DNA of 63,297 bases, counting the filler, from Chiloscyllium plagiosum (taxonomy: Eukaryota), in NCBI RefSeq assembly GCF_004010195.1. It is 4 parts of one record of this genome, joined end to end, with 100 filler letters (N's around TTAATTAATTAA, not from the genome) between each part and the next. Parts side by side here need not be neighbours in the genome. Positions count along the whole stretch, not along the records: positions 1 to 29,567 come from NC_057716.1; 3 more parts are not named here. One strand, 5' to 3'. The position numbers were made by a program, and so were the translations under genes. Shown here in pieces: positions 13,975-25,804 of the stretch. How positions within the stretch are numbered: position 1 is the first letter of the stretch; each line of letters opens with the position of its first letter. The notes under the pieces are model-generated. The model did no database searches. It was given only the letters and a program-made list of their open reading frames with translations, and was not told where the DNA came from.

Positions 13975-14790
13975 GACTGGCACCTTCCCAGCAATATGGA
14001 AAATTGCCCAAAGATGTCTTAGTCATAAAAAGCAAGACAAATCAACCCAACCAATTATCAACCTATAAATCTTCTCCAACTCACAAACAACTTGATGGAA
14101 CATGTCGTTGAATGTATTATCAAATGGTATTTACTCCACATTAATCAGTTTACTGATGATCAGTTTGAGTTGTTCCAGGCCCATTGATGTCCTAATATCT
14201 CCCAATAGCATTCAGTTCTGGTCACCACATTACAGGATGGATGTGAAGGCTTCGGAGAGGGTGCAGAAGAAGTTTACTAGGATGCTGCCTGGATTAGAAG
14301 GTATGAGCTATAAGGACAGGCCAGAAAAACTCAGGTTGTTTTCTCTGGAGCGGCAGAGGTTGAGGGGAGACTTAACAGAAGTCTATATCAGGTGAGAAAG
14401 GGAAAGTTCAAAGAAAATGTGAGGAGTAAGATTTTTACACAGTGAGCGATAGGAGTTTGGAACATGCTGCCAGGTGCGGTGATAGAGGCAGATACAATAG
14501 GGTTGTTTAAGGAACTTTTAGATAAGCACATGAATGTGCAAGGAATGGAGGGATATGGACCAAGGGCAGGCTGAAGGGATTAGTTTAATTCAGTGTTACG
14601 TTTGGCACAACATTGTGGGCTGAAGGGCCCATTCCTGTGTTGTACTGCTCTATGTTCTTTGTTCTATCACAACAGTCTTGATCCAAACATGGAAAAATGA
14701 CTTATCTCCAAGAGGGGAAATGAAGCTCCAAGCAGCATTTGTTCAAGTGAAGTATCAAGGAGCCCTAGAAAAGCTAAGGAATCAATAAAA
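13975..14790 (+). mobile_element. LINE-B RT fragment, interrupted by a CR1 3' end
   Basis: TGTFPAIWKIAQ..HKKQDKS..NYQPINLL-like remnants; resumes after 14666. Confidence 0.7.
14205..14666 (+). mobile_element. CR1 LINE 3' fragment
   Basis: IQFWSPHYRMDVKASERVQKKFTRMLPGLEG; tail ctctatgttctttgttctat. Confidence 0.92.
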
Positions 14791-14904
14791 ATCAGACACA
14801 CAGAGCCAATATAACACAGGAAAACAAATCAGTTATACCTAGTACAATTTAAAGAACTTCTTGTCATATTACTCCCAAATACTTAATCTATTCCAGCACA
14901 GTCT

Positions 14905-16165
14905 TATTTTTGATAAGGCAATTGCTGATGCATTATCTTTTCCAGGAATGTGAACAATTTTTACATTAAATGGTTCAATTAATAAACTCCACCAGAACAA
15001 TCTTGCATCTAAGGGATAAATTTCTCAACAAAAGCTAGCGGACTGTGCTCAATCTCTACCAGTGCTTCATTTCAACCATGACAGACATAGATTTCAAAAT
15101 GTTGAAGAAAAATAATTGTCCCATAGGTTCCTTTTCCATTTTAGACTACTTTTTTCTGATATTTATTTTATTTCTTGGAAAAGTATCACACTGGCTAATA
15201 TATTCCTGATTCATCTTTTTGCAACAATACTGTGCCCACCCACAGGTTACTAGCATCAATTGCCATTGAAAAAGATTTAGGGAACTCAGAGGCAGCTAAA
15301 ACCGATTCATTTCTTAGGACTGTGTTTAGTTGTTCAAAAGCACTCTGTGGCCTATACCACCCTTGCTATCTTTGTCACAAATCTTGTAAAGGTAGAGCTA
15401 TTGTGCTGATGTTAGGCACAAATCTCTGAAAACCTTTTCTCAGTAAGTTCATGATTTCCTCTTTTGCTTTAGAAATGAGAAATTCTAGTAGAATCTTCAC
15501 TTTTGCTTTTCTTGGCAACATTGCCTTTATCCTGTGATGTAGCTCAAGTAAGTTACCTCCAAACCAAGGAAGTGGTTCTGAATCAGTTTTTGTGCCTGCA
15601 TTTGCTTTTCTCAATTTTTTTCCAAAGTCTACTTGACACATCTGGTTTAGGAACTAACAATGCTGGTGAACTCCAATTGTTTTGGTGTGATTCAGTCAGG
15701 TGATTTTCTAGAATGTATTGAACCTTTATTTCCTCCTGCTCATGTTTTTAATGCTTAACTGATAAGGCTATTGTTTTAACAAAACTAATATCCCAACATC
15801 ATGCCTGGCTAACATGTTACAACCAGGTATATCTCTACAGATTTATTTGAATTTCCTAAGTAACTCTATTAGATCTTCCTGTTGTCCTTCCGCAGAACAT
15901 TAAGGTATGTTGTCTAACTGTCCCAGTAATTCAGTATTGCCTAGTCAAATTGTGGGAGGTTTGTTTGGTGAATTGTCTACATCTCCTTCTACCTCACCTT
16001 TTCTGTCCCTGTCATCATTCATTTCCCTTATCACCTGACATATTTGCTCTTTCTTATCTTCCTCCCTATGATAATATCGCTTTAACCTAGATTCACATGA
16101 TGTAATCAATTCTTCCTGCAATTGGGAGTATTGATCACATCTGTCACTTTCCTAAGCCTTTTGTG
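14905..16165 (-). mobile_element. Decayed Gypsy LTR-retrotransposon internal region with Gmr1-type order (integrase C-terminus, RT, RNase H)
   Basis: Minus-strand remnants in order: INTPNCRK..HHVNL.KRYY; NWSSPALLVPKPD; LRKANAGTKTDS; FVPNISTIALPLQDL; IDASNLWVGTVLLQ; YFSKK; LQHFEIYV; ARLFWWSLLIEPFNVKIVHIPGKDNASAIALS. Confidence 0.8.
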
Positions 16166-18499
16166 TGCACCAATAATTCTCACTTTCAGAGGTTCATCTC
16201 CTTTTCGAAACATTTTAGTTACAGTCTTTTTTCATCTTTGACAACCCTGAAAGCTAAAATTGACATAGAAGCTAGAACTGGCATATTACTATTACACCTT
16301 CTAAAAGACATGTACCACAACAAGTGGCACATTGAGACTGTCTCTCAGCATGTAATGGGTTACCAGTTCCATGCATTAACACAATCACACTGCAGTATCA
16401 ATACCCAACTTCATTCTGGTTTGTTGAATCTTCTACTGATAGGTATCAATGGTCCAAAAAGTGCCATGGCTACATACAGATCAAAGTGTAGTTACAATGC
16501 AGCAAATACAAACTATACCCACAAAGCTGAATAATATAATAAAATCAGTCAACTTTGGGTCAGGTTTTGAATAAATCTGGCCACAGTAAAGAAAGGACTA
16601 TTATCTCATCTACAACCTATTCTAAGAAGACAATACAAGTGACCACCAACCAATTGTTTAACAATTCCAAGATCATAAGACATCCTTCTTCAACAAGAGG
16701 AAATTAAAGAATAAAGATGACCAGCAAGCAGGTAGAGAACTATCAAAATTATGAACTGAGCAGAAATTGCAAGTCAAAGGAATGGTCTTCTTTGATTATC
16801 ATGCATCCACAGTTGTTTGAAGTGCATGTGGTGTGTTTGCCACATAAACTGCTGGCACATATTACAAGGCTGATGTTGTACAGCGACATCTTCACTCCCT
16901 ATCTGCCTGATATATTGACTGTTCATTACTCCCTACTATCACAAGCTGTCTGCCTCTCCCTTGTTCTAAAAAGCACCGTAAACTACAGAGGCTGGCAACC
17001 TGTAACTAAGCATGTCACACTCTATGCACTAAGGAAGCAATACAGACCACACAAAGGCCTCACAAAGAGAGAGGCAGCTCATGAGTCAGTGAGTGTACTC
17101 TAAGAAAGCATTGTGAATTCTACAGAGACTGGCAGCACTAAGACAACAAGACAACAGCCATAAGATGTACCCTGTGGACAAGTGACCTGGCAGAGGTGTA
17201 CAGGTTTTAGGTGTCTCTGAGTTCAAAATTTAAGTGTCGAAGGACCAAAATAGTATGAGAGTTGCACTGACAGCAGACACGGTGATGTGGTGAGGCTCAT
17301 GGTTGGTGATGTCAACTTACATGAATGAAGGGTTGAGTGGGATAGTGGCCATGGAGCACAGAAGGACTGTGTTGAAGAAAGAGTTGGACGATGAACAGGA
17401 CATGCAGCCACCAGGTAGCTGTTCTGATAAAGCTGTCAGGTTTTTGCACTCTACAATTCCCTAAGGAAACAGAGGAGAATTTAAAGTAGTGCATAAATAA
17501 GGTAGGTTGTGGCTTTAATAGGATACTAATCCATGGAAATAAAGTGCTCACTACTCAATAGTGATATTCTGAAGTTGCTATTTAAAGCTTGAAGAGAAAA
17601 TCGCAAAAATACCGGCATTTAGATATTTTTCAATCTCTTCCTAGTTTTCCATTGTTCTTGCCGATGCTCATATCCCCTCAGGGAGGGGAACAGTCCATAC
17701 AGGTAGCTAACATTGTGCCAAACAGGCTTTGGTGTGAGGAAAAGTTGACTTACATCAGCCTTTGTGATATTTCTATGCATACTGTACGATGGAGAACCTG
17801 GCAGAGACATCCAAAAAAAGAAAGTACAGTAAAATCATAAAGACTAAATCGCAGGGATCATGCCCACAAATTTGTTACACGTTGCTTCAAGATAGTTTTG
17901 ATGTCCTATGTAGACCAATTTGAATACATGTGTACGCTATGTCACAGTATGTAAACACAATGATCTAGTAAATATATGAAAAATGTATTTACTTTACAAT
18001 GGCATGGCATATTCTCCACTCTACCATTTAATTTTACAATCATACAATAAAAAGGAACTGTAAATAATTGGGAGCTAGATCTGAAAAAAACTGATTTTTT
18101 TTTCTGCTTGTAGTACCATCTTTGAAACTTTGCATATCGTCAACATAGACAGTCAAGTACATTTTCTGTGTTTTTGTGCTGCAGTGCATTTACCATGAGC
18201 TTCCCAAAGGTCTTAGCAGCATCAGCTGGGGAAATAGAGTTATGAATGGAACATTCATTGGGTTCTTCTGGGCCATTAGGGTGATACTGTGTCATTCTGT
18301 GTGGGGTTGTCATTTACAAAGCAATATAGCTTTTGGACTTTCCTAAGAATCAGCTGCTTTTTGGTGTTGTCCATGTTGGTATACACCATTACAGTGACAG
18401 ACATTTTGCATTACTTCCCACCATTAGTAGAGTGCAGAATATGCCATGCCATAAAGTTATCCATTTTGGCTAAATACAAATCTGATGCTACTGAAGACC

Positions 18500-18880
18500 A
18501 CAACCCCTCATACATATTCTGCACTCTACTAATATCATCAAGCCAGGGTATCAACACTGGTTCAATAGAGAGTACAGGAGAGAATGCCTGGAGAAGCACC
18601 AGGCATATCTAAAACTGAGGTCTCAGCCTACAATACTGAACTTACAATACAGAACTATTTGTAAGCCAAACAGCAGAAGCAGAGTGTGATTGTCAGAATT
18701 ATGAGATCCCACAACCAATAATTCAAACTTAAGCACTGCAGTCCAGTCATGAATTGTGATGAACAACTAAAAAGTAGAAAGAAGCTTCACAAATACTCCC
18801 ATCCCTTCTCAAAGTTTAGTGTTGAATTGATATATCTGTTTGAAATCTATGCCATTTAGCTTTGCAATTCTTCCACACAA
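18500..18880 (+). mobile_element. LINE-B fragment (APE-RT linker region)
   Basis: HILHSTNIIKPGYQHWFNREYRRECLEKHQAYLKLR in the plus frame. Confidence 0.7.
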
Positions 18881-18904
18881 CAAGATGGAATCTATGCCCA
18901 ATTT

Positions 18905-19190
18905 GAAAATGAGTGAGAAGTAAGTGGTTTAGAGGGGATCTGAGGAAAATGTTTTTTCACCAAGAGGGTGGTAGAAATATGGGATGCCCTAGCTGGGACA
19001 GTGGTAGGCACAAGTACTCTCACAATATTTAAGGAGCATCTAGATCAGCACTTAAGATGCCAGAGCGTAGTAAGCTAAAGACCAAGTGCAGATAAATGGG
19101 ATTAATGTAGTTTGGCATTTGTTGGTCGGCATTGTCATGGCCTATATTTATAGGAGTGCTTGTTTCTATGTTGCATGACACTCGATGACT
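18905..19190 (+). mobile_element. CR1 3' fragment
   Basis: gtttagaggggatctgaggaaaatgttttttcacc.agagggtggt...tttctatgttgcatgacactcgatgact tail. Confidence 0.85.
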
Positions 19191-19194
19191 AAGA

Positions 19195-20320
19195 CAGGAC
19201 TTTGTTGTCTGTGTCAAGTTCAATGCTGCGAAGAAGTATGATGGACAGATAAATCTGCCACACTGAGGTTGGTCAGGAAGAAGTCGGCTTTTTTTCTCTT
19301 GTTTCTTTCACTGCCTGATGAAACTATGTCCTTTATGACTCACCCAACTCAATCAGTAGTGGTGCTACTAAGCCATTGTTAGTCATGGATATTAAAGTTC
19401 ATTGCCACCCTCAGTGCTTCTTTCAAATGGTATTCACCACGGAAGAATACATATTCATCAGTTGAAGGTGAAGATGCAATAACAAGTAATCAGTAGAAGG
19501 TTCCTTACCTACATTTGACCTGACACCATGCAGTGTGACACCTTCCCACCTGTATTCCACTGTAACACTACATCTGGTGGTCTCTTCTATGGGTGAGACA
19601 TACCCATGGATGGTGACAGTGGTGTCTGGATCATTGACTGTAATGTATAATTTTGTAAATATGACTGCATAAGACTATTGCTTGCATAGCCTGTGAAATA
19701 GCAGGTCAGGCAGCATCCGAGGAGCAGGAGAATTGATGTTTCAGGCATAAGCCGTTCATCAGGAATGGCTGAAATGTCGATTCTCCTGCTCCTCAGATGC
19801 TGCCTGATTTGCTGTGCTTTTCCAGCAGTATACTCTTGATTCCAATCTCCAGCATCTGTAGTCCTCACTTTCTCCTAGTCTGTGAAATAGCTCTTCCAGT
19901 TTTGGTGTAAGTCCCCAGGTGTGACCACAGGACAATGTGCACTGGTGTTATTTCGCTGCCTAGGTCAATGCCGAGTGATGTGTCCAATTTTATTCCTTTT
20001 ATACTTTTCTTTTTAATCAGTTTGGTACAACTGTTTCCTGGACTATTTAAAAAGACAGTTAAGAGTCAACCATTTTACTTTGTGGTTTGAATTCACATGT
20101 AGCACAGATCAGGGAAGGACAGTCACTTCCTTCCCAAATAAATATTGGTGAACCAAGTGGGTTTTGCCACTAATGATAGTTTCATGGACATCATTGCCGA
20201 GAATAACTTCATATGCTAGATTTATGAATTAGCTTGAAATTCCATGAGCTGTCACGGTGGAATTTTAACCCATATCCGGAGAACATTAGTCCAGTGACAT
20301 TGTCATCAGATGACCACCTT
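19195..20320 (-). mobile_element. LINE-B 5' end: tRNA-like head, 5'UTR and APE endonuclease remnant
   Basis: Minus-strand GLTPKLEELFHRLCKQ..VIFTKLYITVNDPDTTVTIHGY, NFNIHD*QWLSSTTTD, DFFLTNLSVADLSVHH; 20030-20320 homologous to the SINE head/body at 50945-51268. Confidence 0.75.
19703..19877. mobile_element. Fold-back PLE-derived element with hammerhead core
   Basis: Inverted arms gcaggtcaggcagcatccgaggagcaggagaat / attctcctgctcctcagatgctgcctgatttgc; minus strand 19738-19762 CTGATGA-AC-GGC-TTAT-GCC-T-GAAAC; TSD tagcctgtgaaatagc 19687-19702 / tagtctgtgaaatagc 19876-19891. Confidence 0.88.
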
Positions 20321-20609
20321 CCCAATGAGATGCAGCAAAGGTGAGAACAATTGTTGAGAGTCTTTAGAAAAATGCCACAGAAATGCATTGTTGTGGAGGG
20401 AAGTAACAAGAGCACAGAATGTTGTACCTTGACAGACAAATTAAACCATTCAGATTTGCTGTTTCTGAGAAAATAGAAGAATGTATTTTAGTTTCATCTG
20501 AATCTTTCAGAAGTATAATAAGCAAGATCCATCACACCTGCAAGAAAATTTAAATTTTAAGTTCCCTCATCTTGCCATGCCTGTGTTACAGCAGGAAGGT
20601 TATGATGTT

Positions 20610-20830
20610 TGTTGTTTTTCACACTGCATTTATATTGGTCCTTTCATAACCTCAGGATAATCAAAAGCATTTTAGAGCTAATGAAATATTTTTGAAACGT
20701 AGAAAACATTGCAAGCAATTTGCTCATTGTGTGGTCCAACAAATTGCAATTCCTAATGACCAAATAATCTTGTACAATGATATTAGTCAAGGATCACTCC
20801 CCTGCAACTTCCAAAAAGTGTCAGCTATGG
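20610..20830 (-). mobile_element. SacSINE1/DeuSINE-like 3' fragment
   Basis: tgcatttatat..cctttc, aatgaaatattttgaa, taatgaccaaataatct, actcccctgc; antisense counterpart of 11575-11975. Confidence 0.45.
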
Positions 20831-20879
20831 GACACTATGAGGGCAGAACCCCATCGGACACGCCCAAATAGCTTTCAGA

Positions 20880-23800
20880 ATGGCACTCTATCCACACCAA
20901 CTCCTGGGTCTGACCAGACACTGCCACTTACCCAGGAAGCATGGGAGGTGAGACTGAAACAATGTGGTTTCAAGTCCCCAGCATACTCCTGACAAATATC
21001 AAAGCTATTGAAAACAAGCTGGACAAACTTAAAGCTAGACTCACCTACCAAAGAGAATTGAGAGACTGCTGTGTGCTCTATTTTACAGAGACATGGCTCA
21101 CTCCTGCTTCACCTGACTGTGCCTTACAACTGGAGGGTTTCTCGATCCACCACATGGGCCAAAAAGCATCTTAGGGCAAGGCAAAGCGTGAAAGGTCTGG
21201 TGCTCGGACATGACAAACCCTGGCAAGTTACTGCTCCCCAATAATATCTAACCATCCCTACTACCTGCCACAGGAGTTCACTTCTGTTATCCTGACGGCA
21301 GTGTACGTTGCACCCCATGCGGAAGTAAAGAGTGCACTGGATGAAATATGAAACATTACCTATAGCCTTGAGACAGAATATCCTCAGGCCTATAGCCAGT
21401 GACTTCAATCAAGCCAACCTCAAGAGTGTGCTTTCAAGATATCACCACCAAATCTCCTGTCCCACCAGAGGCCCAAGCAACCTGGATCACTGATACAGAA
21501 CTAAAGATGCCAACCACTCCATTCCCTGCCCGGATTTTGGTAAATTAGACCATAAGGCTGTGCTCCTTCTCCCAGCTTACAAGCAGAAACTGAAGTGTGA
21601 GGATCTGGTACAGAAAATCATACATTGCTGGTGTGAGGTAACGGATGAGCTCCTACGTGACTGCTGGGAATCAATGGATTGGTCCATATTCAAGAACTCA
21701 GAGGCCAACCTAAAATGAGAATGTCACTACCATCACAGACTTTATTACTAAGTGTGTAGAGTACTGAGTGCCAAAGAAATTAATACGAGTGTTCCCCAAT
21801 TGGAAACCACCAATGAACCAGGAGATCCACAAGTTCAGATCTGATGCATACAGGTCAGGTGACCCTGACCTATACAGGAAATCTAGGTACAATCTTTGCA
21901 AAGCCATCAAGGACACCAAGAGACAATACCAAACTAAACTAGAGTCTTAGACTAACCACACTGTGGCAAGGCTTACACAATATAATGGGCTACAAAGTGA
22001 AGTCAGGTAGAATCGCTGGTAACAATACATCCCTCCTTGATCAGCTCAATGTATAGGTTCCCCATGGGAGACTGATTAGCAAGGTTAGATCTCATGGAAT
22101 ACAGGGAGAACTAGCCATTAAAGAAATGGCTCAAAGGTTGAAAACAGAGGGTGGTGGTGGAGGGTTGTTTTCAGACTGGAGGCCTATGACCAAGAATCAG
22201 TGCTGTTCCACTACTTTTCATTATTTATATAAATGATTTAGATGCGAGCATAAGAGGTATAGTTAGTAAGTTTGCAGATGACACCAAACTTGGAGGTGTA
22301 GTGGACAGCGAAGAAGGTTACTTAAGTTTACAACAGGATCTTGATCAGATAGGCCAATGGGCTGAGGAGTGATAGATGGAGTTTAATTTAGATAAATGTG
22401 AGGTGCTGCATTTTGGGAAAGTAAATCTTAGCAGGACTTATACATTTAATGGTAATGTCTTAAGGAGTGTTGCTGAACAAAGAGACCTTGGGGTGCAGGT
22501 TCATTGCTCCTTGAAAGTGGAGTCGCAGGTGAATAGGATAGTGAAGAAGGCGTTTGGTTTGCTTTCCTTTATTGGTCAGAGTATTGAGTACAGGAGTTGG
22601 GATGTCATGTTGCAGCTGTACAGGACATTAGTTAAGCCACTATTGGAATATTGCATGCAATTCTGGTCTCCTTCCTATCAGAAAGATGTTGTGAAACTTG
22701 AAAGGTTTCAGAAAAGATTCACAAGGATATTGCCAAGGTTGGAGGATTTGAGCCATAGGGAGAGGTTGGATAGGCTAGGGTTGTTTTCCCTGGAGCATCA
22801 GAGGCCGAAGGGTGACCTTAAAGAGGTTTATAAAATCATGTGGGGCATGGATAGGATAAATAGACAAAGTCTTCTCCCTGGGTTGGGGGAGTCTAGAACT
22901 AGAAGGCATAGGTTTAGGGTGAGAGGGGAAAGATATAAATGAGACTTAGGAGGCAACTATTTCACACAGAGGGTGGTACATGTATGGAATGAGCTGCCAG
23001 AGGATGTGGTGGAGGCTGGTACAATTGCAACATTTAAAAGGCACCTGGATGGGTATATGAATTGGAAAGGTTTGGAGGGATATGGGCCGGGTGCTGGCAG
23101 CTGGGACTAGATTAGGTTGGGATATCTGGTCGGCATGGATGAGTTGGACTGAAGGGTCTGTTTCCATGCTGTACATCTCTATGACTATGACTCTATTCTA
23201 TGGTCATTATGAACAAAAAGCCAGTGAAATGATGTTACCTGCTCCAGCAGCCTCGGGTGCCTCTGTACTCAACAGTCTCCGCTCAGATGTCAGATCAGCC
23301 TTCTTGAGGGTGTACCCGCAGAAAGTGACTGTCCCAGATGGAGTCACTGGCCATGCACTTGGATCCTGCACCAACCATCTGGTGAGCGTACTCACAGTTT
23401 TTAACCACTCCTTCCTCTGATCTGACGTTCTGGTACTGAAGTAGAGATGGTCAGGATCTCCAAGTTCCTCAGTGTTAAAATGACCAGCAATCTGTCCTGG
23501 TTCATCCATGTGGATTCTACAGTTAAGAAAGAATTCCAATGCCTCTACTTCCTCAGAGGGCTAAGGAAATTCAGCATGTCCACAATGGGTCTTACCAATT
23601 TTTATGGATGCACCATAGAAAGCATCCTATCTGGATGCATCACAGGTTGGTATGGCAACTGGTCTGCCCAAGACCTCAAGAAATTACGGAGAGTCATGAA
23701 TACAGCCCAGTACATCACGCAAACCAGCCTTCTATACATTGCTTCTGTCTACACTTCCCATTGCCTCAGGAAAGCAATCAATATAATCAAAGACCCCTCA

Positions 23801-24066
23801 CACCCTGGTTATACGCTCTTCCACCCTCTTCTGTTTGAAAACAAGTTCTAATTCATTCAAGAATTGCTTTTCCCCAATGTTATTAGACTTTTTAACAGAC
23901 CTCTCATACATTGGAGTTGATCTTTTACTGTATCTTTTAACACTTCAATCTGCATTCTGATCTATTACCTTGATGTACTTATGTATGGTATGATTTGCGT
24001 GGATAGGATACAAAATAATACTTTTCACTGTATTTCAGTACATGTGCCAATAAAATCAAATCAAAT
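20880..24066 (+). mobile_element. Rex1/Babar-type LINE (APE and C-terminus; RT core deleted), interrupted by CR1
   Basis: VPSILLTNIKAIENKLDKLKARL..DCCVLYFTETWL; RVFPNWKP; PDGVTGHAL; KFLSV..NLSW..LYFLRGLRKF..FYGCTIESILSGCITGWYGN..IIKDPSHPG; aataaaatcaaatcaaat tail. Confidence 0.88.
22053..23198 (+). mobile_element. CR1 LINE (HER1-like), 5'-truncated, nested in Rex1
   Basis: KFADDTK, MEFNLDKCEVLHFG, LEYCMQFWSP, RTRRHRFRV; tail ctatgactatgactcta. Confidence 0.96.
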
Positions 24067-25607
24067 ATAATCAGATGGGTCTCAAAATAAATTTCTGGCA
24101 CTCAGGTCATACTTGGGTAAAAATTGGTGAAGTAGTAATAGACTATGGAGACTTGCAAGATAAATCACTGCACATTAGGATTAAACTGGAAAACATCCCT
24201 TAACTCCAATTATAATTCTGAACTGAAGTGTGTTGGATATTCTTTTTAAGAAGACTGGCTAGCCAATGACTCAATATTGACCTGTGATGATGACAGTGAT
24301 CAAAAGCTTTTTAGCACAAGGAAAATGATACATTGCTGCACCTGAAGGTATCATTGAGGATTATATTACTCTATCAAGTCTTGAAGAAAGTCATGATGGT
24401 GACAGGGGTATCTGAATTCTCAGTTTCAAACCCTTGACTCTGAATATCTTTTGAATTCCATGAATTCTCTCTGAAGTCTTCCACACCTTCTGCATGTTTG
24501 TAACTCATTCTTATGTGTTTTTTTCTGTAGTTCAAAATCACAGTATTTTATTAAACCCATCACATTATTGTCTAATTAAAAAGAAAAATCACAGGTACAA
24601 TGTCTGATGTTTGCTCATACTTTAAACTTCTGACTTCCTGGGATCCCTTATTTTGACTATGGGACTATAATCAGGTACAGCTCAAAGGGACGTTATTTTT
24701 ATTGGACATACATGGTAACCTTGGTGGCTAGGTTCCTGTAAAGCTTTCATTTATCCCAGCCTTTAACCAAGATTGTTTGTCTCTTTCTCTTTGCAGCATT
24801 GCTGTGGGTAATGACTGACCTGGGTCCTCATGCATAGCTAACCTTGCTCTGTCTCTATGCTCTTGCTGGTGGGTAACATGCAACTTTCGCTAAACTACTC
24901 ACAGCTTGTGATCGTACTGTAGCAGTTCTCTCTTTCTCCCTCCTGTCTATCTGTACTGTTAAAAGTCATTTAAAAATTCAGGAGGTCACCAAGTCACAAA
25001 CAGTGCAATGAAAAGAATTGTTGTCTGATGTATTAGCAATGCAGATATATGTGATGAGATTTTAATAGCATTTTAAAGGCAACCTGACCCTCTGGCACAG
25101 AAGCAGTTCAGAAGTATGAGGAATCTAAAAGCAAGTATGACAATATCTATATACCATTGCTTCTTTATTGTATAATGCCCAGTTTGCAGAACTTACTGGG
25201 TCAACCAACTACCCTTCTCTCACACACTTGTGTAGATGGCTGGCAGGATTGATTTGTAAGGCATAATCTTGAATTTCACATGTAAAGAATGGCAGACATC
25301 TGGAATAATCTTACTTAGAAAAGCCATGCATGCTGTGAATTTGTCATGGCTTTGAATTATATGTTTTGTTAGGCAACTGCATGAAGGGATGTAAAGCAAA
25401 AGGTGGGTCAAAATAGGTAAGTACATAGCAGCTATGATGTAACTGAATGATAGATCAAGCTTGAGTGGGTGAAATGCATGATGTTGGAAGATCTCTGTCA
25501 CTTAGTACTGTTTGTCTAGTGTTATCTTCCCAACACGGAATTGTTATGGTGTGGAGGAACTGTATTCAGCCTATTGCATCTGTAATGTCTGCCTAATGAC
25601 TATTATA

Positions 25608-25804
25608 GGAGAAAGTGAGGTCTGCAGATGCTGGAGATCAGAGCTGGAAATGTGTTGCTGGAAAAGCGCAGCAGGTCAGGCAGCATCCAGGGAACAGGAG
25701 AATCGACGTTTCCTGAAGAAGGGCTTATGCCCGAAACGTCGATTCTCCTGTTCCCTGGATGCTGCCTGACCTGCTGCGCTTTTCCAGCAACACATTTCCA
25801 CCAG
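25608..25804. mobile_element. Young fold-back PLE-derived element: perfect 68-bp inverted repeat around a hammerhead core
   Basis: Arms 25645-25712 and 25733-25800 are exact reverse complements; perfect 14-bp TSD taatgactattata 25594-25607 / 25805-25818. Confidence 0.93.
25713..25740 (+). ncRNA. Minimal type I hammerhead ribozyme motif (PLE-associated)
   Basis: CUGAAGA-A-GGGC-UUAU-GCCC-GAAAC-GUC: intact core, stem II, palindromic ACGU stem III and GUC cleavage triplet. Confidence 0.8.
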
